64,000 bases of DNA from the human T2T-CHM13v2.0 reference genome, Homo sapiens: assembly GCF_009914755.1 (NCBI RefSeq), contig NC_060946.1; one strand, written 5' to 3'. The notes beneath the pieces are model-generated. The model made no database searches. It was not told where the DNA came from and saw only the letters and a list, made by a program, of their open reading frames with translations. The position numbers and the translations under genes were made by a program. Below, piece after piece: positions 33,985 through 56,827 of the stretch; position 1 is the first letter of the stretch, and each line of letters starts with the position of its first letter.

Positions 33985-34098
33985 GGTCCCAAAGGGAGGG
34001 TCTCCGGACCCACAGCATCGGCCGGGTGGGGCCTGCAGTCTGTGGTTTCGAAAGCCCCCAGGGGATTCTGATGCCTACTCAAGTTTGAGAACCACTGG
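33985..34098. mobile_element. MER5A-like DNA transposon fragment
   Basis: Ends GATTCTGATGC...AAGTTTGAGAACCACTG. Confidence 0.7.
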
Positions 34099-35733
34099 TA
34101 GGGTGTGCCCAGTGGGTGAGAAGGTGAAGCCGGGACTAGATCTTTGGAGAGGAGGCAGGAGAGCTGAGCAGCTGGGGACAAGAGAGGGCTGTCTCTGTGT
34201 GTGCTGAAACCACTGAGAATCCTGGCAGGAGAGATCTGGAGAGGGTCTCAAACCTGCAAAGAGTGGGTGGAAGAGGCCAGGCTGGGGTGGCAGGTGCCAT
34301 AGTTGGTGTAAGCTTCTGATCTGGTGGGTCTGGGGAGGAGGAGGGACAGTGGCGGTGGCGTGGACCAGGGCATGAGGAGTGGGTGGGGCAGCTCGTCCAC
34401 CTGCTTCCCTGCAGGCCAGAGGTGCACATGTGTGGGAGGCTGCAGTGGGGCCGGGACCTGGGCAGGCAGGGGGCGTGAAGTTCAGGAAGTAGTCCAAGGT
34501 GGAAAGGGCGCCGGGGCTGGAATGGGGGTCCAGGGCCCTGCTCTGTGCTTCAGGACTGCCGCTCTGCCTGGACCGTCTGGCACAGGAGATCGGCCGGCCA
34601 TCCTGAAAGCAGTACTGCTGTCTAGTTTTCATTTTTTGTAGAAAATTAAGAAGACAGAAAAGCACAAAGGGGGAAAAACACACATGAAACCTCCCCACTC
34701 AGAACTACTGCCCGCTTCCTTTCTGGGTCCTTGCCTCCATCCCCTTTTCTATGCTTGGAGGTAACTGGGAAAGTTGAGATCTCACCTCAAACAGCTGGGC
34801 TGTCTGCTTTGCTCTTAGCCCGGGTGAGTGTGTCCCATGCCATTCCCTGTTTGCCACCAAGCAGCTTGTGTGATGACCCTGGGCTCCTGAGAGCAGCCTG
34901 GCTTTACAGCGGGGGACACTGAGGTTCATGAGAGCAGGGTGACTTGCCTCGTGGGTGACAAAGCCCGCCAGCCTGCCTTCAGTCCCAGGATGGGGCCGCC
35001 CAGACCCCCGTGCCACTCACCGGACACATCCTTGCTTATTTGGCGGGAGGAGGCTCTGCCCTAAAAATGGCAAACGTGGGCAAAGGGGACTCGTCTTCAG
35101 CCCTAACAAAGCTGACAACACACGGGGAAGTACCCCTTCCTCCACACAAATCCAGCTTCCTCTTCCAGGGCTCCAGAGTTTTCACAGTGAGGAGGGCAGT
35201 GAGGAATGAGCTGAAACATAGCAACTCAGGGGTTGGGGTGCCCCTCTAGGACCATAACCTTCCTGTCACCGGGTGAGGCTGTGGTGTCTGCATGTTCTGG
35301 AAGCTGCCCAGGTGATCTGCGTTCAGCTGTGGGGCAGCCGGCCATGGCTCATGGAGGTGGCATCTGACAGCTGACTGAGCCAGGGAGCCCCCTGAGGACC
35401 TGAGAAGGAAGACTCTGGGCCCAGCCTGCACCTGGGAGCCCTGCACCCCGGAGCTGGGAGCGGAGGCTGCTGTAGGAATTGAGTCCCTGCTGTGCCTTTA
35501 GGAGAAGGAGGACGGCCAGCACCTCCTGACGGGGGAGGGCAGCTGGGCCACATGGAATGAGGGCAGGCTGGGGGTCTCCTCTGGCTTCCTGCATGACATC
35601 GGTCACCTACCTGCTCGTCCTCTGAGCCTCAGTTTCCCCATCTGTAGAATGAGAGGCCAGGCCTCCTAGATAATCCCCTGGGGTTCTTTGGCTCTGGGGA
35701 AAGGTGGTGGTGAGCCGCCTCTTTTCCTTCCAG

Positions 35734-35900
35734 AGGCTCCAGGAAGAAAAGCGCCAGCGAGACCTGGACTGGGACCGGCGGAGGATTCAGGGGGCTCGCG
35801 CCACCCTGCTGTTTGAGCGGCAGCAGTGGCGGCAGCAGCGCGACCTGCGCAGAGCTCTGGACAGCAGCAACCTCAGCCTGGCCAAGGAGCAGCATTTGCA
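35734..35900 (+). CDS. RIBC2: RIBC2 coding exon 6 (167 bp): RLQEEKRQRDLDWDRRR...LAKEQHLQ
   Basis: TTCCAG| acceptor, CA|GTGAGT donor; overlaps ORF 35704..35904. Confidence 0.95.
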
Positions 35901-36521
35901 GTGAGTGCTGGGTGGGACCAGGGCCAGGTGGGGGACCGGGTGGAGGGACCGCGGGGCTGTGGAGGTCAAGGACAAGGAGGGGGCAGGAGGGGAAACACCC
36001 CGCCCTGGTGGTCCTCATCTGGACACTGTGGACCTCAAGTGGGCTGGCTTGGGTTGACAGACCCATGGGCCACAGGTCACTGCTGTCCACACGGGGTGCA
36101 TGGGTGGAGGGCACCGGAAAGCCCCAGGGAAGAGCACTGAGTCTGCTGGGGGAGTCAGGAAGGCTTCCTGGAGGAGGCTTCATTGGTGAGACCCAGGAGG
36201 AGGATGGCACTGCCTATTCAGGGACGGCTTTCCAGGTAGAGAGAGGGGCTCCTGGGCTGCCCCAAAAAAGCCTGGAGTCTCTTGGTTATAGACAGGACTC
36301 CAAGAGTTCAGAGCTCCAGCTACAAGAAGATGTCAAATGCAAGCAAACAGGTGAACTTGCACCTGAAAAACACAGTATTTATTTACTTATTTATCTAGCT
36401 CTTGGCTTAAACTCAGGGGGGACCCAGGAATATTTTCTCCAATCCGATATCTGGTTGCTGGTGGGTCCATCTGTTATCACTTCTGCTGAAGGCCTAAAAG
36501 GAGCATTAAGAGTGATCTGAG

Positions 36522-36902
<381 letters not shown>

Positions 36903-37116
36903 CTAATCTAACTGCAGTGTAATTAAAAAGTGACCCTCGCCGCTGAGGAGCGGTTGAGATGGATCATTTTGGGGGGCTCATTAGGTGTGAAACGTATTCT
37001 GTATTTTGGGGATAACACACTAATAAAAAGTTTGTGTGCCTTTTCAAAAAAAAAAAAAGAAAGAATAGGAAGTATACACATTTGCTGACCTTTTTTTTTT
37101 CTCATTTTGTTATCAG

Positions 37117-37195
37117 GAAAAAATATATGAATGAAGTCTATACAAATCAACCCACGGGAGACTATTTCACACAATTTAATACAGGAAGTCGATAA
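37117..37195 (+). CDS. RIBC2: RIBC2 last coding exon (79 bp): KKYMNEVYTNQPTGDYFTQFNTGSR*; total CDS 1149 nt = 382 aa
   Basis: TATCAG| acceptor; conserved RIB43A C-terminus YTNxPTxxYFxQFNTxSR; TAA at 37193-37195 followed by TGA. Confidence 0.96.
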
Positions 37196-37227
37196 TGAGG
37201 AACACACCCTTGTTCCCGTCATTCACG

Positions 37228-37270
37228 TATAAAGAGTGGCTACCTTAAAGAGTCACGTTTCTTTTTTAAA
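37228..37270 (+). terminator. Probable non-canonical RIBC2 poly(A) signal (TATAAA) with downstream U-rich element
   Basis: TATAAA at 37228-37233, then GTTTCTTTTTT at ~37257-37267; no AATAAA seen in the next few hundred bp. Confidence 0.45.
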
Positions 37271-37808
37271 GATACACTCCTTGGGCCACAAGTACCCTTC
37301 AGCTGTAATCGTCCACTGTGGACAAAACATTTATCTAACCTCTCCCGTGTATTTCTGTGAGGAACATTCGTTTCTGTTCAACTCAGCTCAGCGAAGGTCT
37401 TGAGTGGGGCTCTAGGAAGTAGCTCCACACGGGCCTGCTCAGGGCCACCCTAGAGAGAGGTGGTATTTAAGGTGGTATTTAAGGTGGGCCTGTGTTCCAC
37501 ACAGACTCTAGGTTCAGCTGCAGTAATCGTTACTGCTGCCAAATGCAAGCTCTGTGCAAATCCAAACACTTCATGTAGAATTCACTAATGTGATTCTCAC
37601 AACAGCTGGTGGTGCGTATTTTTACTACTCACATTTTCTAGTTGAATAACCTGAGTTACAGACACGTTAAGTGACTTGGCGAGGTCATACCCCCAGGAAG
37701 TGTGGGCGCTTGGGATTGAACCCAAGGAGAAGTGGCTCTCAGGCACTTCACTCGGCCAGCTCCTACAGCTGACCTGAAACAGCAGTGGCCTTGACACAAC
37801 AGAGGCTC

Positions 37809-38108
<300 letters not shown>

Positions 38109-39737
38109 CCAGAGGCTAATTTCTGCTCTCATAGAAGTGCAAGCTCATATGGTGGCTCTGCTGAGGCTCCTTCCAGCTTGTGGCTCTGTCCTCTCCGCTG
38201 CCACACGCAGCTCCTGTCTTGTGGTCCAGGATGCTGCTCCGGCCTCCACCATCCTGCCACGCTCTGGCCAGCAGCGAGGAGGAAAGGCAAAAAAGAAGGG
38301 GGTCGGCATGCTACTTCTCCATGACAACATGGAGACATGGCATGGAAAGTGCATTTCACCTCCGCTTGTATCGCATGGAGCAGAATTCAGTCATGTGACC
38401 ACACCTACGTGAATGGAGGCTGGGAAGCTTAGCTGGCTGACCGTGTGACCAGACCATCATTCTACAACTGTATACAAATGAAGTAATACATATTAGGGGA
38501 CAACTAGCTATCTGCTGCAGGCCACACTTGAAGAGTGACTTGGAAATTGCCAGGCAGGAGGTGTGGGGAGGCATTTTCCACTGAGAGTGGGGACTAAGTC
38601 CAGCCCTGTCCTTGAGGTCAAGGACAGGATTTCTGGCCCCAAAGCCTAGAAATCACTGGGTTCCCCCACCCCAGTTAACCTCTTCCTCCTCCACATGGGT
38701 TTCTTGTGGGGCCATATACCCAGGGCCATTGACAGATGGCAGCTCTTGGCATGTTATCCTTAGCTGAGATAGAGCTGGATACTCCAGTGCAGACAGCTTA
38801 GCTCACTTTACCCTCCGTCTAAATGCCCCTCTTGTTCTTCCCATGCTCAGACCCTTCACTGGCTGACGTTTCACCTGAGCCTCAGGATCGGTAGGGTTTT
38901 TAGGTGGACAGAGTGGGGCTGGACTTGCTAGCAGGCATAAACAAAGGCACTGCGGTGTCCAGGAGAGAAGTGGCAGGGCAGTATCCGCTGAGGTGGGTGT
39001 GTAGAGGGCCTGGGGTCTGGTGTGGGGTGGGGGTGGAAGGAAGAGGCGTGTGGCCAAGGTGTGAGGAGCAGGCGGGCCGACGAGGAAGGCTGCAGACTTT
39101 ATCCTGAAGGCAAAAGGGGAGCTTGGAGAGAGTTGTCGGCCAGGCAGAGAGGGCTGGGTGTGCTCTAGCAGCCCAGCAGGCTCAGGCCACCCAGGGGCTG
39201 CCAAAAGGGAGGCAAGGCTTTGCAGACAGACTTTATGCCTCCCTCTGGATCCAGGCCCACACGGGCTCCCAGGCAAAGCATTTGAACAAATGACCACACT
39301 GAAGACGTGGTTCAAATTCACAGTCGATCAAGTAATGCTGCCACCCCCAGGCTGGTGTGGGACCACGGGTGGGACCCAGGGGACTGCCTCAGGACCTGTA
39401 ACTAGAGTGTGGATTGTGATGTAAAGCCAGAGAGGGGAGGGCGAGAGTCGGTTTGTTAGCACGCCCTGTGTACCAGGCTCCCACTGGGCCTCTTGGGCAG
39501 GTGGTCTCTTTAAACTGCCCCCATCGCACCGCTGGAAAGCAGCTGCTTAGCCTCGTTTTGCATCCACAAAATGAAGGACCTCACTGTTCTCACTGCACCA
39601 GGCAGGGCCACCATGCGGATCCCAGGGCTTCAAAACTCTCAGCCAGCTGCTCACCCCTTGTTTCCTGAACTGGAGCTGCGTATTTTCAGAGTGACTGACG
39701 GTAACACGGACACTCCCTGTAGGGAAAGGGGTTCGGG

Positions 39738-40192
39738 GTGTACTCATTTCCCAGGCTGCCATTAACAAATGCCTGCAGACTGAGTGGCTTAACCAGGAGA
39801 AACTTAGAGTTCCTCGAGGTGCTGGAGGCCAGAAGTCCAAATTGAGGTGTAGGCTGTGTTGCTTCCCTCTGAGGCTGCGAAGAAGGATCTGTTCCGGGCC
39901 TCTGCCCCAGCTCCTGGTAGTTTGCTGGTGATCTCTGGTGTTCCTTGGCTTGTACATGCATCACTCTGATCTGTGCCTTCCTCTTCCTGTGGTCTTCCCT
40001 GTGTGCGTGTATGTGTCCAAATTTCCCCTTTTCATAAGGACACCAGCCACGCCGGGTTAGAGCCTAACCTAATGACCTCATATTAACTAATTTCATTTAC
40101 AATTAACCTATTTCCAAATAAGGTTCTATTCTGAGGTACCTGGGATTGGGACTCCAACATATCTTTTGTGGGAGCACCCAATTCAACCCACA
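39738..40192. mobile_element. MLT1 (ERVL-MaLR) LTR
   Basis: GGCTGCCATTAACAAATGCC...GCTGGAGGCCAGAAGTCCAAATTGAGGTGT...ATAAGGACACCAG motifs. Confidence 0.8.
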
Positions 40193-40682
40193 ACAAGGGG
40201 AAAGGCAGGAGAGCACCTGGTTCCGTTGCCTCCCAGGATAACTCCATTAGGAACATTTGTGTCCAGGCTGAACAAGCCAGGCTCTGGGAGGGCCCCAGTG
40301 ATGGGCGAGTGACAGCCAATACTGTCATTCACCCTCCTGCTTTCAAGTGGGGAGATAAAGGGAGAAATGGGAAATAATGTCGGTTCATTCAATGAGCACT
40401 GAGCACTCTTCCTGTCCTGGATCAGGCTAGGCCCTGGGCCAGGATCGCCACGTCTAATGGGAGACAGGGACAGGGAGGGAAATCCTTGGGAAGAAGGCAG
40501 AGGAGAAAAGGGAGACAGCGCTAGGAGGCCGCCGCAGCCATCACCACTTCGTTTATATGCCTGGAATCACGCCCCAACGTGGAGAGGCTTGCTTTAACTC
40601 TGAAGGCTGCAACTTTGTAAAAAATACTCCTGAAGGAAGGAAGGGCAGGCGTGAGAACTTTGGACGCAGACTTGCTTTCTGT

Positions 40683-40696
40683 GCGCCCTCTGCTGG
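40683..40696 (-). promoter_or_regulatory. Candidate CTCF site CCAGCAGAGGGCGC
   Basis: Matches core consensus CCASYAGRKGGCRS. Confidence 0.6.
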
Positions 40697-40930
40697 TGAC
40701 CAGCAGCACAACACAGTCCCTGCCGTTCTCCAGGCAGGAAGAGGAACGAGGTGATTAAACTGCGAAGGCCCAGGTCCTGTGCTGGGCAGTTTCTTGCAAC
40801 AGCCCCGACACTGCTGGATGTTGTGATTCCCGTCCACAGGATGAAAGACGTTCCGTGTGTTGCCCCTGGGTGGAAGGCAGAGCCGAGGCCAGACATGGGG
40901 GGTTACTCTCCCCTGAAAGGCCCATTGTGA

Positions 40931-41296
<366 letters not shown>

Positions 41297-41375
41297 TGAA
41301 GGAATTGTACAGAATGTACACATACATCCACCACCTAGATTCTACAATTAATATTTTGCTATATTTGTGTCCTAG

Positions 41376-42468
41376 TGAGAGGTGACAGCGTGCTGGCAGT
41401 CCTCAGAGCCCTCGCTTGCTCTCGGCACCTCCTCTGCCTGGGCTCCCACTTTGGTGACACTTGAGGAGCCCTTCAGCCCACCGCTGCACTGTGGGAGCCC
41501 CTTTCTGGGCTGGCCAAGGCCAGAGCCGGCTCCCTCAGCTTGCAGGGAGGTGTGGAGGGAGAGGCGCGAGCGGGAACCCGGGCTGCGCGCGGCCCTTGCG
41601 GGCCAGCTGGAGTTCCGGGTGGGCGTGGGCTTGGCGGGCCGCGCACTCGGAGCAGCCGGCCAGCCCTGCCGGCCCCGCGCAGTGAGGAGCTTAGCACCCG
41701 GGCCAGTGGCTGCGGAGGGTGTACTGGGTCCCCCAGCAGTGCCGGCCCACTGGCGCTGCGCTCCATTTCTCAGCGGGCCTTAGCTGCCTTCCCGCGGGGC
41801 AGGGCTCGGGACCTGCAGCCCGCCATGCCTGAGCCTCCCACCCCCTCCATGAGCTCCTGTGCGGCCCAAGCCTCCCCGACGAGCGCCGCCCCGTGCTCCA
41901 CGGCGCCCAGTCCCATCGACCGCCCAAGGGCTGAGGAGTGCGAGCGCACGGCGCGGGACTAGCAGGCAGCGCCACCTGCAGCCCCGGTGCGGAATCCACT
42001 GGATGAAGCCAGCTGGGCTCCTGAGTCTGATGGGGACGTGGAGAACCTTTGTATCTAGCTCAGGGATTGTAAACGCACCAATCAGCGCCCTGTCAAAACA
42101 GGCCACTGGGCTCTACCAATCAGCAGGATGTGGGTGGGGCCAGATAAGAGAATAAAAGCAGGCTGCCCAAGCCAGCAGTGGTAACCCGCTCGGGTTCCCT
42201 TCCACTGTGTGGGAGCTTTGTTCTTTTGCTCTTTGCAATAAATCTTGCTACTGCTCACTCTCTGGGTCCACACTGCTTCACCGCGAAGATCTGCAGCTTC
42301 ACTCCTGAGCAAGCGAGACCACAAACCCACCAGAAGGAAGAAACTCCGAACACATCCGAACATCAGAAGGAACAAACTCCAGACGCGCCACCTTAAGAGC
42401 TGTAACACTCACCGCGAGGGTTCCCGGCTTCATTCTTGAAGTCCAAGAACCCACCAGTTCTGGACACA
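41376..42468 (+). mobile_element. LTR12C (ERV9) solo LTR, internally shortened
   Basis: Starts TGAGAGGTGACAGCGTGCTGGCAGTCCTC, ends GGACACA; TSD CTAG at 41372-41375 and 42469-42472. Confidence 0.92.
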
Positions 42469-42559
42469 CTAGCTCTCCACAGACTGGCTTTTAAAAATTC
42501 TAGTTATATATACGCCACTTACAAAAGGCACATCTAAAACAAAACAGCACAGAAAAATT

Positions 42560-43575
<1,016 letters not shown>

Positions 43576-43667
43576 AGCCATAAGATAAACAGGAAGAAAA
43601 ATAGAGTCATTTGCACATGGTTCTTTATTCTATGTTCAAGTTCTTATGTTTAGAATAATGGGAAGGG

Positions 43668-45408
<1,741 letters not shown>

Positions 45409-45664
45409 TCATAATCAGAAACATTGTAACAGATACAAAGGAGTTCACAGTTTACAATTCTATCTATGGGGAGTTCCAGAATTGGGATAACTATTCCATC
45501 AGTGCTTGCCTGGGACAGGGTGAGGGGGTTTGATGGCAAACAGGCATGAGGCTACTTTTTGGAGTGATGGAAACGGACAGAAAAAGAAAACCCAACCACA
45601 CTCCTACCCCTGACAGGACTGCAAAGGGAGGACCCCTAAGAAACCGGGTACCATCTGTTATGCA

Positions 45665-46143
45665 TGCAGCAGGATGAGCCGCAGACAAAACTCCTCAGAC
45701 ACTGAGTTAAAGAAGGAAGTGGTTCTTTCGGCCGGGAGCATCAGGTAAGACTCCTGTCTCAAGAGCCGAGCTCCCCCAGTGAGCAATTCCTGTCCCTTTT
45801 AAGGGCTCACAACTCTAAGGGGGTCCGCGTGAGAGGGTCGTGATCGATTGAGCAAGCAGGGGGTACATGACTGGGGGCTGCATGCACCGGTAATCAGAAG
45901 GAAACAGAACAGGACAGGGATTTTTGCAATGCCTTTCCATACAAAGTCTGGAATCTATAGATAACATAACCGGTTAGGTCAGGGAAGATCTTTAACTACC
46001 AGGATTAGGTCAGGCAGGCCCAGGCCTGGTTTCGGGTCTGGTTCCTAGGCGCCGGGCTACCTGCATTTCGTTTCGCTTTTCTTTCCTTTTCTGAGTATAA
46101 AACAAGATAAAACAATATGAGAGAGTCTGTCTCTCTTCTCTCA
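45665..46143 (-). mobile_element. LTR6 (LTR6A/B, HERV-S71-related) solo LTR
   Basis: Reverse complement matches remembered LTR6B consensus (CCCGGCGCCTAGGAACCAGACCCGAAACCAGGCC; CAATCGATCACGACCCTCTCACGCGG); TG...CA termini. Confidence 0.8.
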
Positions 46144-46182
46144 TGTGCAGTGAGCTGTTGCTGTCTACTGGAGAGCTGTCCA

Positions 46183-46196
46183 CCAGCAGGTGGCAC
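46183..46196 (+). promoter_or_regulatory. Candidate CTCF site CCAGCAGGTGGCAC
   Basis: Matches core consensus CCASYAGRKGGCRS. Confidence 0.6.
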
Positions 46197-46371
46197 ATCT
46201 ATCTCTCGTGCTCCCAGCATAGCCTCTGGCCATCTGGTTTCCACCTGCACCGGGTCTCCCTCTGCAGAAGCGACAGCCACTTTGGAATGTTGGTGCAATG
46301 AGGTGACAGGTCCCCATGCTCCTGGGTGGAGCAGCGTCCTGAGCCTGGTTACAGGAGGGATCGTGGGGTGA

Positions 46372-46758
<387 letters not shown>

Positions 46759-47834
46759 CAAGAGGCATCTTTTCAACCATATGGATTGTGCCCACGTGAT
46801 GTTAAGAGAGTGGTGAAAAGAAGCTGGAGGATGCCGAGTGAGAATGAGGCTGTGAGTGACACAGAGTAGGTAGTTGCCAGGTGGGGCTTCATCTGTGCTT
46901 GCCCCGACCAAGTAAAGGCCTTGATCCTCCCCCACCCACCACCTCATCCAGCCCACCCCCAGATTCATGCTCCCCCATCTTCGAACCTCACTTGCTCTCT
47001 GCCCAGACCTGGCAAAGTCAGTTTCATCTACTGAGTCTGGAAGGTCTGCCTTCCTTTCTTCTTCCAGCGAATGAAAGATGAATCCAAAGTCCCTGGGGCC
47101 AACCCCCAGCATGACCCCCAGAAGTAAACAGGAATGGGAATGAGGGCAGATGGAATGTCTGCGAGTCAGTGGGTCTTTTCTTTTCACCAGACGTTCCAGA
47201 AAGCTCTCCAAACACACTTGTTCTAACAGTGTCAGAAAAGACTCCAGCCTCATTGTCCACAATTGTTGGGGATAGAACATTCCAGAGCCTATTGAAGAAA
47301 AAAGTGGGTAGGGCCATCTCCTCCACACCAGGCTGATCTGTGAATTAATCGCCCCTGAAGGTTTTCCCCGGGGCTCTGGAGCTGACAAATGTGACTTTGT
47401 TACCTGGATATCCCTTGGAACCTGGCAGAGCCTGAGGACAGGACTCAGCCACAGAGTCTCTCACCCAAAGCCACTCAGTGTCCTCAGCTGCCCATCTGGT
47501 AACTGGCCCTAAAACGGCCTTTCAGTTCCAGCACTGCCACCCCTCCCAGCCCCACTGGCCCAGCCTCCTCATTCCCAGCTCAAATTCGTGACCAGGGGGC
47601 CTATGGGACCTGGTCGTCTTTTCAGATGGACAGTCCCTAGGTCAAGGCCCACTCCCTGGCCCCATCCTCGCATGGGGAGAGTCGGCTCATAGTATATTCA
47701 GAGGCAAAAAGGGCGGTGGGCTTGCAGCACCAATAAACATGTCCAGCAAAATATGCTGATGGTGTACATGGCTGCTGCTTGCTGAGCCCGTGTGTGCTGA
47801 TGCCACAGAGCTGAGCTTCTTAAAATCTGCAGGA

Positions 47835-48141
<307 letters not shown>

Positions 48142-48199
48142 ACCTGCAGGAGGCTACAAGAAGTGTTACCAGTTTCATATCCCCAATGAGGATGAGGAA

Positions 48200-49237
<1,038 letters not shown>

Positions 49238-49649
49238 AGAACTAAGGGCTAGAGAGGGGAACTCACTTTCCCAAGGTCCCAGAGCCAGTTCAAGATGGAG
49301 CCAGGAATTGTGCCCAGTTCTAAAGTCCCAGCTACCTCTGACAGAATGCCTGCAAGGAGACAGTCAGCAGAGCTCCAGGAGGGGAAGACAGGTGACAACA
49401 CTCTAGTGTATTTCTCTAGCTTGACCTCTGCTGTGAGTTCCAGGCTTGGTACCCAAATGTCGACTTGATAGCTTTACTGGGATGTCTAACAAGCAGGCAG
49501 TCAACATGAAGGCATCTGAACAGAACTGGTTTCCCTCTACCCACACCTGTCCCTCCAAAGTCTTCCCTGTCTTAGGCTATGGAAACCCCAATGCTTCCAA
49601 TTGCTCAGGCCAGAGAGTTTGGATCCATCGTTGGGCTCTCTCTCTCTCA

Positions 49650-55055
<5,406 letters not shown>

Positions 55056-56539
55056 TAAGCCATTACCTCTCAGCCTCCGTGCCCCGGTGGGCTCTGAAGG
55101 AGCCTGTTTCATCCTGAGCAATGGTGGAGGCGGAGGCTGCAGAGGAGGGGTGAAGTCCTGGGGCTCTGGGGGAGACAAAGGACCCTGCTGGTGTCCCTCA
55201 GACCCGGGTTCTGGCCCCTCTGCTTCGTGTGACTTCAGACAAGTCGCTTTACCTCTGTGAGTCTGTTTCCCCAGCTGTAAAATGGGGATCATAACACCAA
55301 CCTACCTCTCAGGATCCCCAAGAGGAGGAAGTAGGCGAATGTACAAGAAGGCCCCTTCCACCCAGCCTGGGCACTGCTGGTGCTCACAGGGACTCAGGAA
55401 CAGTGCGTCATGGGGCGTGGGTCACCTTCTCTGGGCCCACATACCAGCTTTGCCTCTCACTGGCCGTGTTCTCTTGGAAAAATGACCTACGTTTCCTAAG
55501 TCTATGTTTCCACATCTGTAAAATGAGGATGATCCACATATGGTTGTCCCAGTATTATTCTGAGAATTAAATGAGATACTTCATTAAAGTACTTGATGCA
55601 TAGGATGGACTTAATAAATTACTACGTAACGATACACTCTGGGAATATGTAAGGCCTGTGAGTGGAGAATGCCATGCCGGGGATGTTATTTGGAAGGATC
55701 CAGAATCACTAAAACAGAATTTAACAGGGAGAAGGATAAAAGTTCTCCATTAAAGTTCCAAACATGAGTTTCGTATATTTTTCCACTTCTGTGTCAGAGA
55801 AGCCACACCTCTCCCGTCACCAGCCCTCGGAACCTGCAGAAAGAGATGTCAAATGGGAAGACCTCGCATGTGCTGGCTTGTGGCATTTGCCTGTTTCTTT
55901 TCACAGCCAACGAACCGTCACTGAGCACCGTCTGTGTGCCCCGAGGTAAGGGGCCTGGGGAAGCCCCAGGAAATGATCCCGGGTCCTCATCCCTAAGGGG
56001 TTCACCCTTTGAGGCTGTTCTGCCTTCCTGGTGGAAAGTTCAGATGAACACCCTGAAATTGACCAAGTGGCTGGCTTTCTTCCACCCAGAAACACATTGG
56101 GAAATGGATATTCTAGAAGAGTTCTCCAACAACCATTTCTTGGAATTGTAAATGTCTGAGGGCTGCTGCAATACTTCAGATTATCTTGTTTTCTTGATCT
56201 GTGGAAGCCAAGATTTTAATGCTACATCTGTGTGAGTATCTTTTGATAATAAGAACCAAATGTTGTCGGTGGAAATGACTGGAAATTACACTTAGGATCA
56301 GAATGTGGGGTTTTAGATTCCCTCTTGGAAGGCAGTGCTGAGAAACAAACACAAGGGACATTTTCCCTATAAATCACTCAGGATGTTGCAACACTCAAGG
56401 CTCCTGCCTGCTCCTCTCTCCGGGCATCAGGAAGCCTGGGATGGAGCACCCTGGGCGAAGGGGTCCACTGGTCAGTAGTAAATATCCCATAGCTCAAATT
56501 AAACCTCCAGTTCCCATCTCCCCTCTAAATTCTTTCTTA

Positions 56540-56827
56540 TTTTTTTGAGACAGAGTCTCACTCTGTTGCCCAGGCTGAGTGCGGTGGCGCGTTCTCAGCT
56601 CACTACAGCCTCCGCCTCCCAGGTTCAAGCAATTCTCCTGTCTCAGCCTCCTGAGTAGCTGGGACTACAGGTGCATGCCACCACGCCTGGCTATTTTTTG
56701 TATTTTTTAAATAGAGATGGGGTTTCAGCATATTGGTCAGGCTGGTCTCGAACTCCTGTCCTCAGGTGATCCACCCACCTCGGCCTCCCAAAGTGCTGGC
56801 ATTACAGGCATGAGCCACTGTGCCCGT
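56540..56827 (-). mobile_element. AluS
   Basis: Antisense Alu. Confidence 0.88.

Noticed and set aside
34075-34698. 207-aa minus-strand ORF in RIBC2 intron 5
   Set aside because: Low-complexity Pro/Ala-rich, ends in a MER5 fragment, no homology recognised.
35629-36520. 193-aa and 235-aa ORFs overlapping RIBC2 exon 6
   Set aside because: GC-rich alternative or antisense frames running into intron; the true frame is fixed by splice phase and RIB43A homology.
37458-37487. AGGTGGTATTTA x2.5 tandem duplication
   Set aside because: Ordinary short slippage duplication.
41382-42439. Cluster of ORFs and an apparent second CpG island
   Set aside because: Fully explained by the LTR12C solo LTR.
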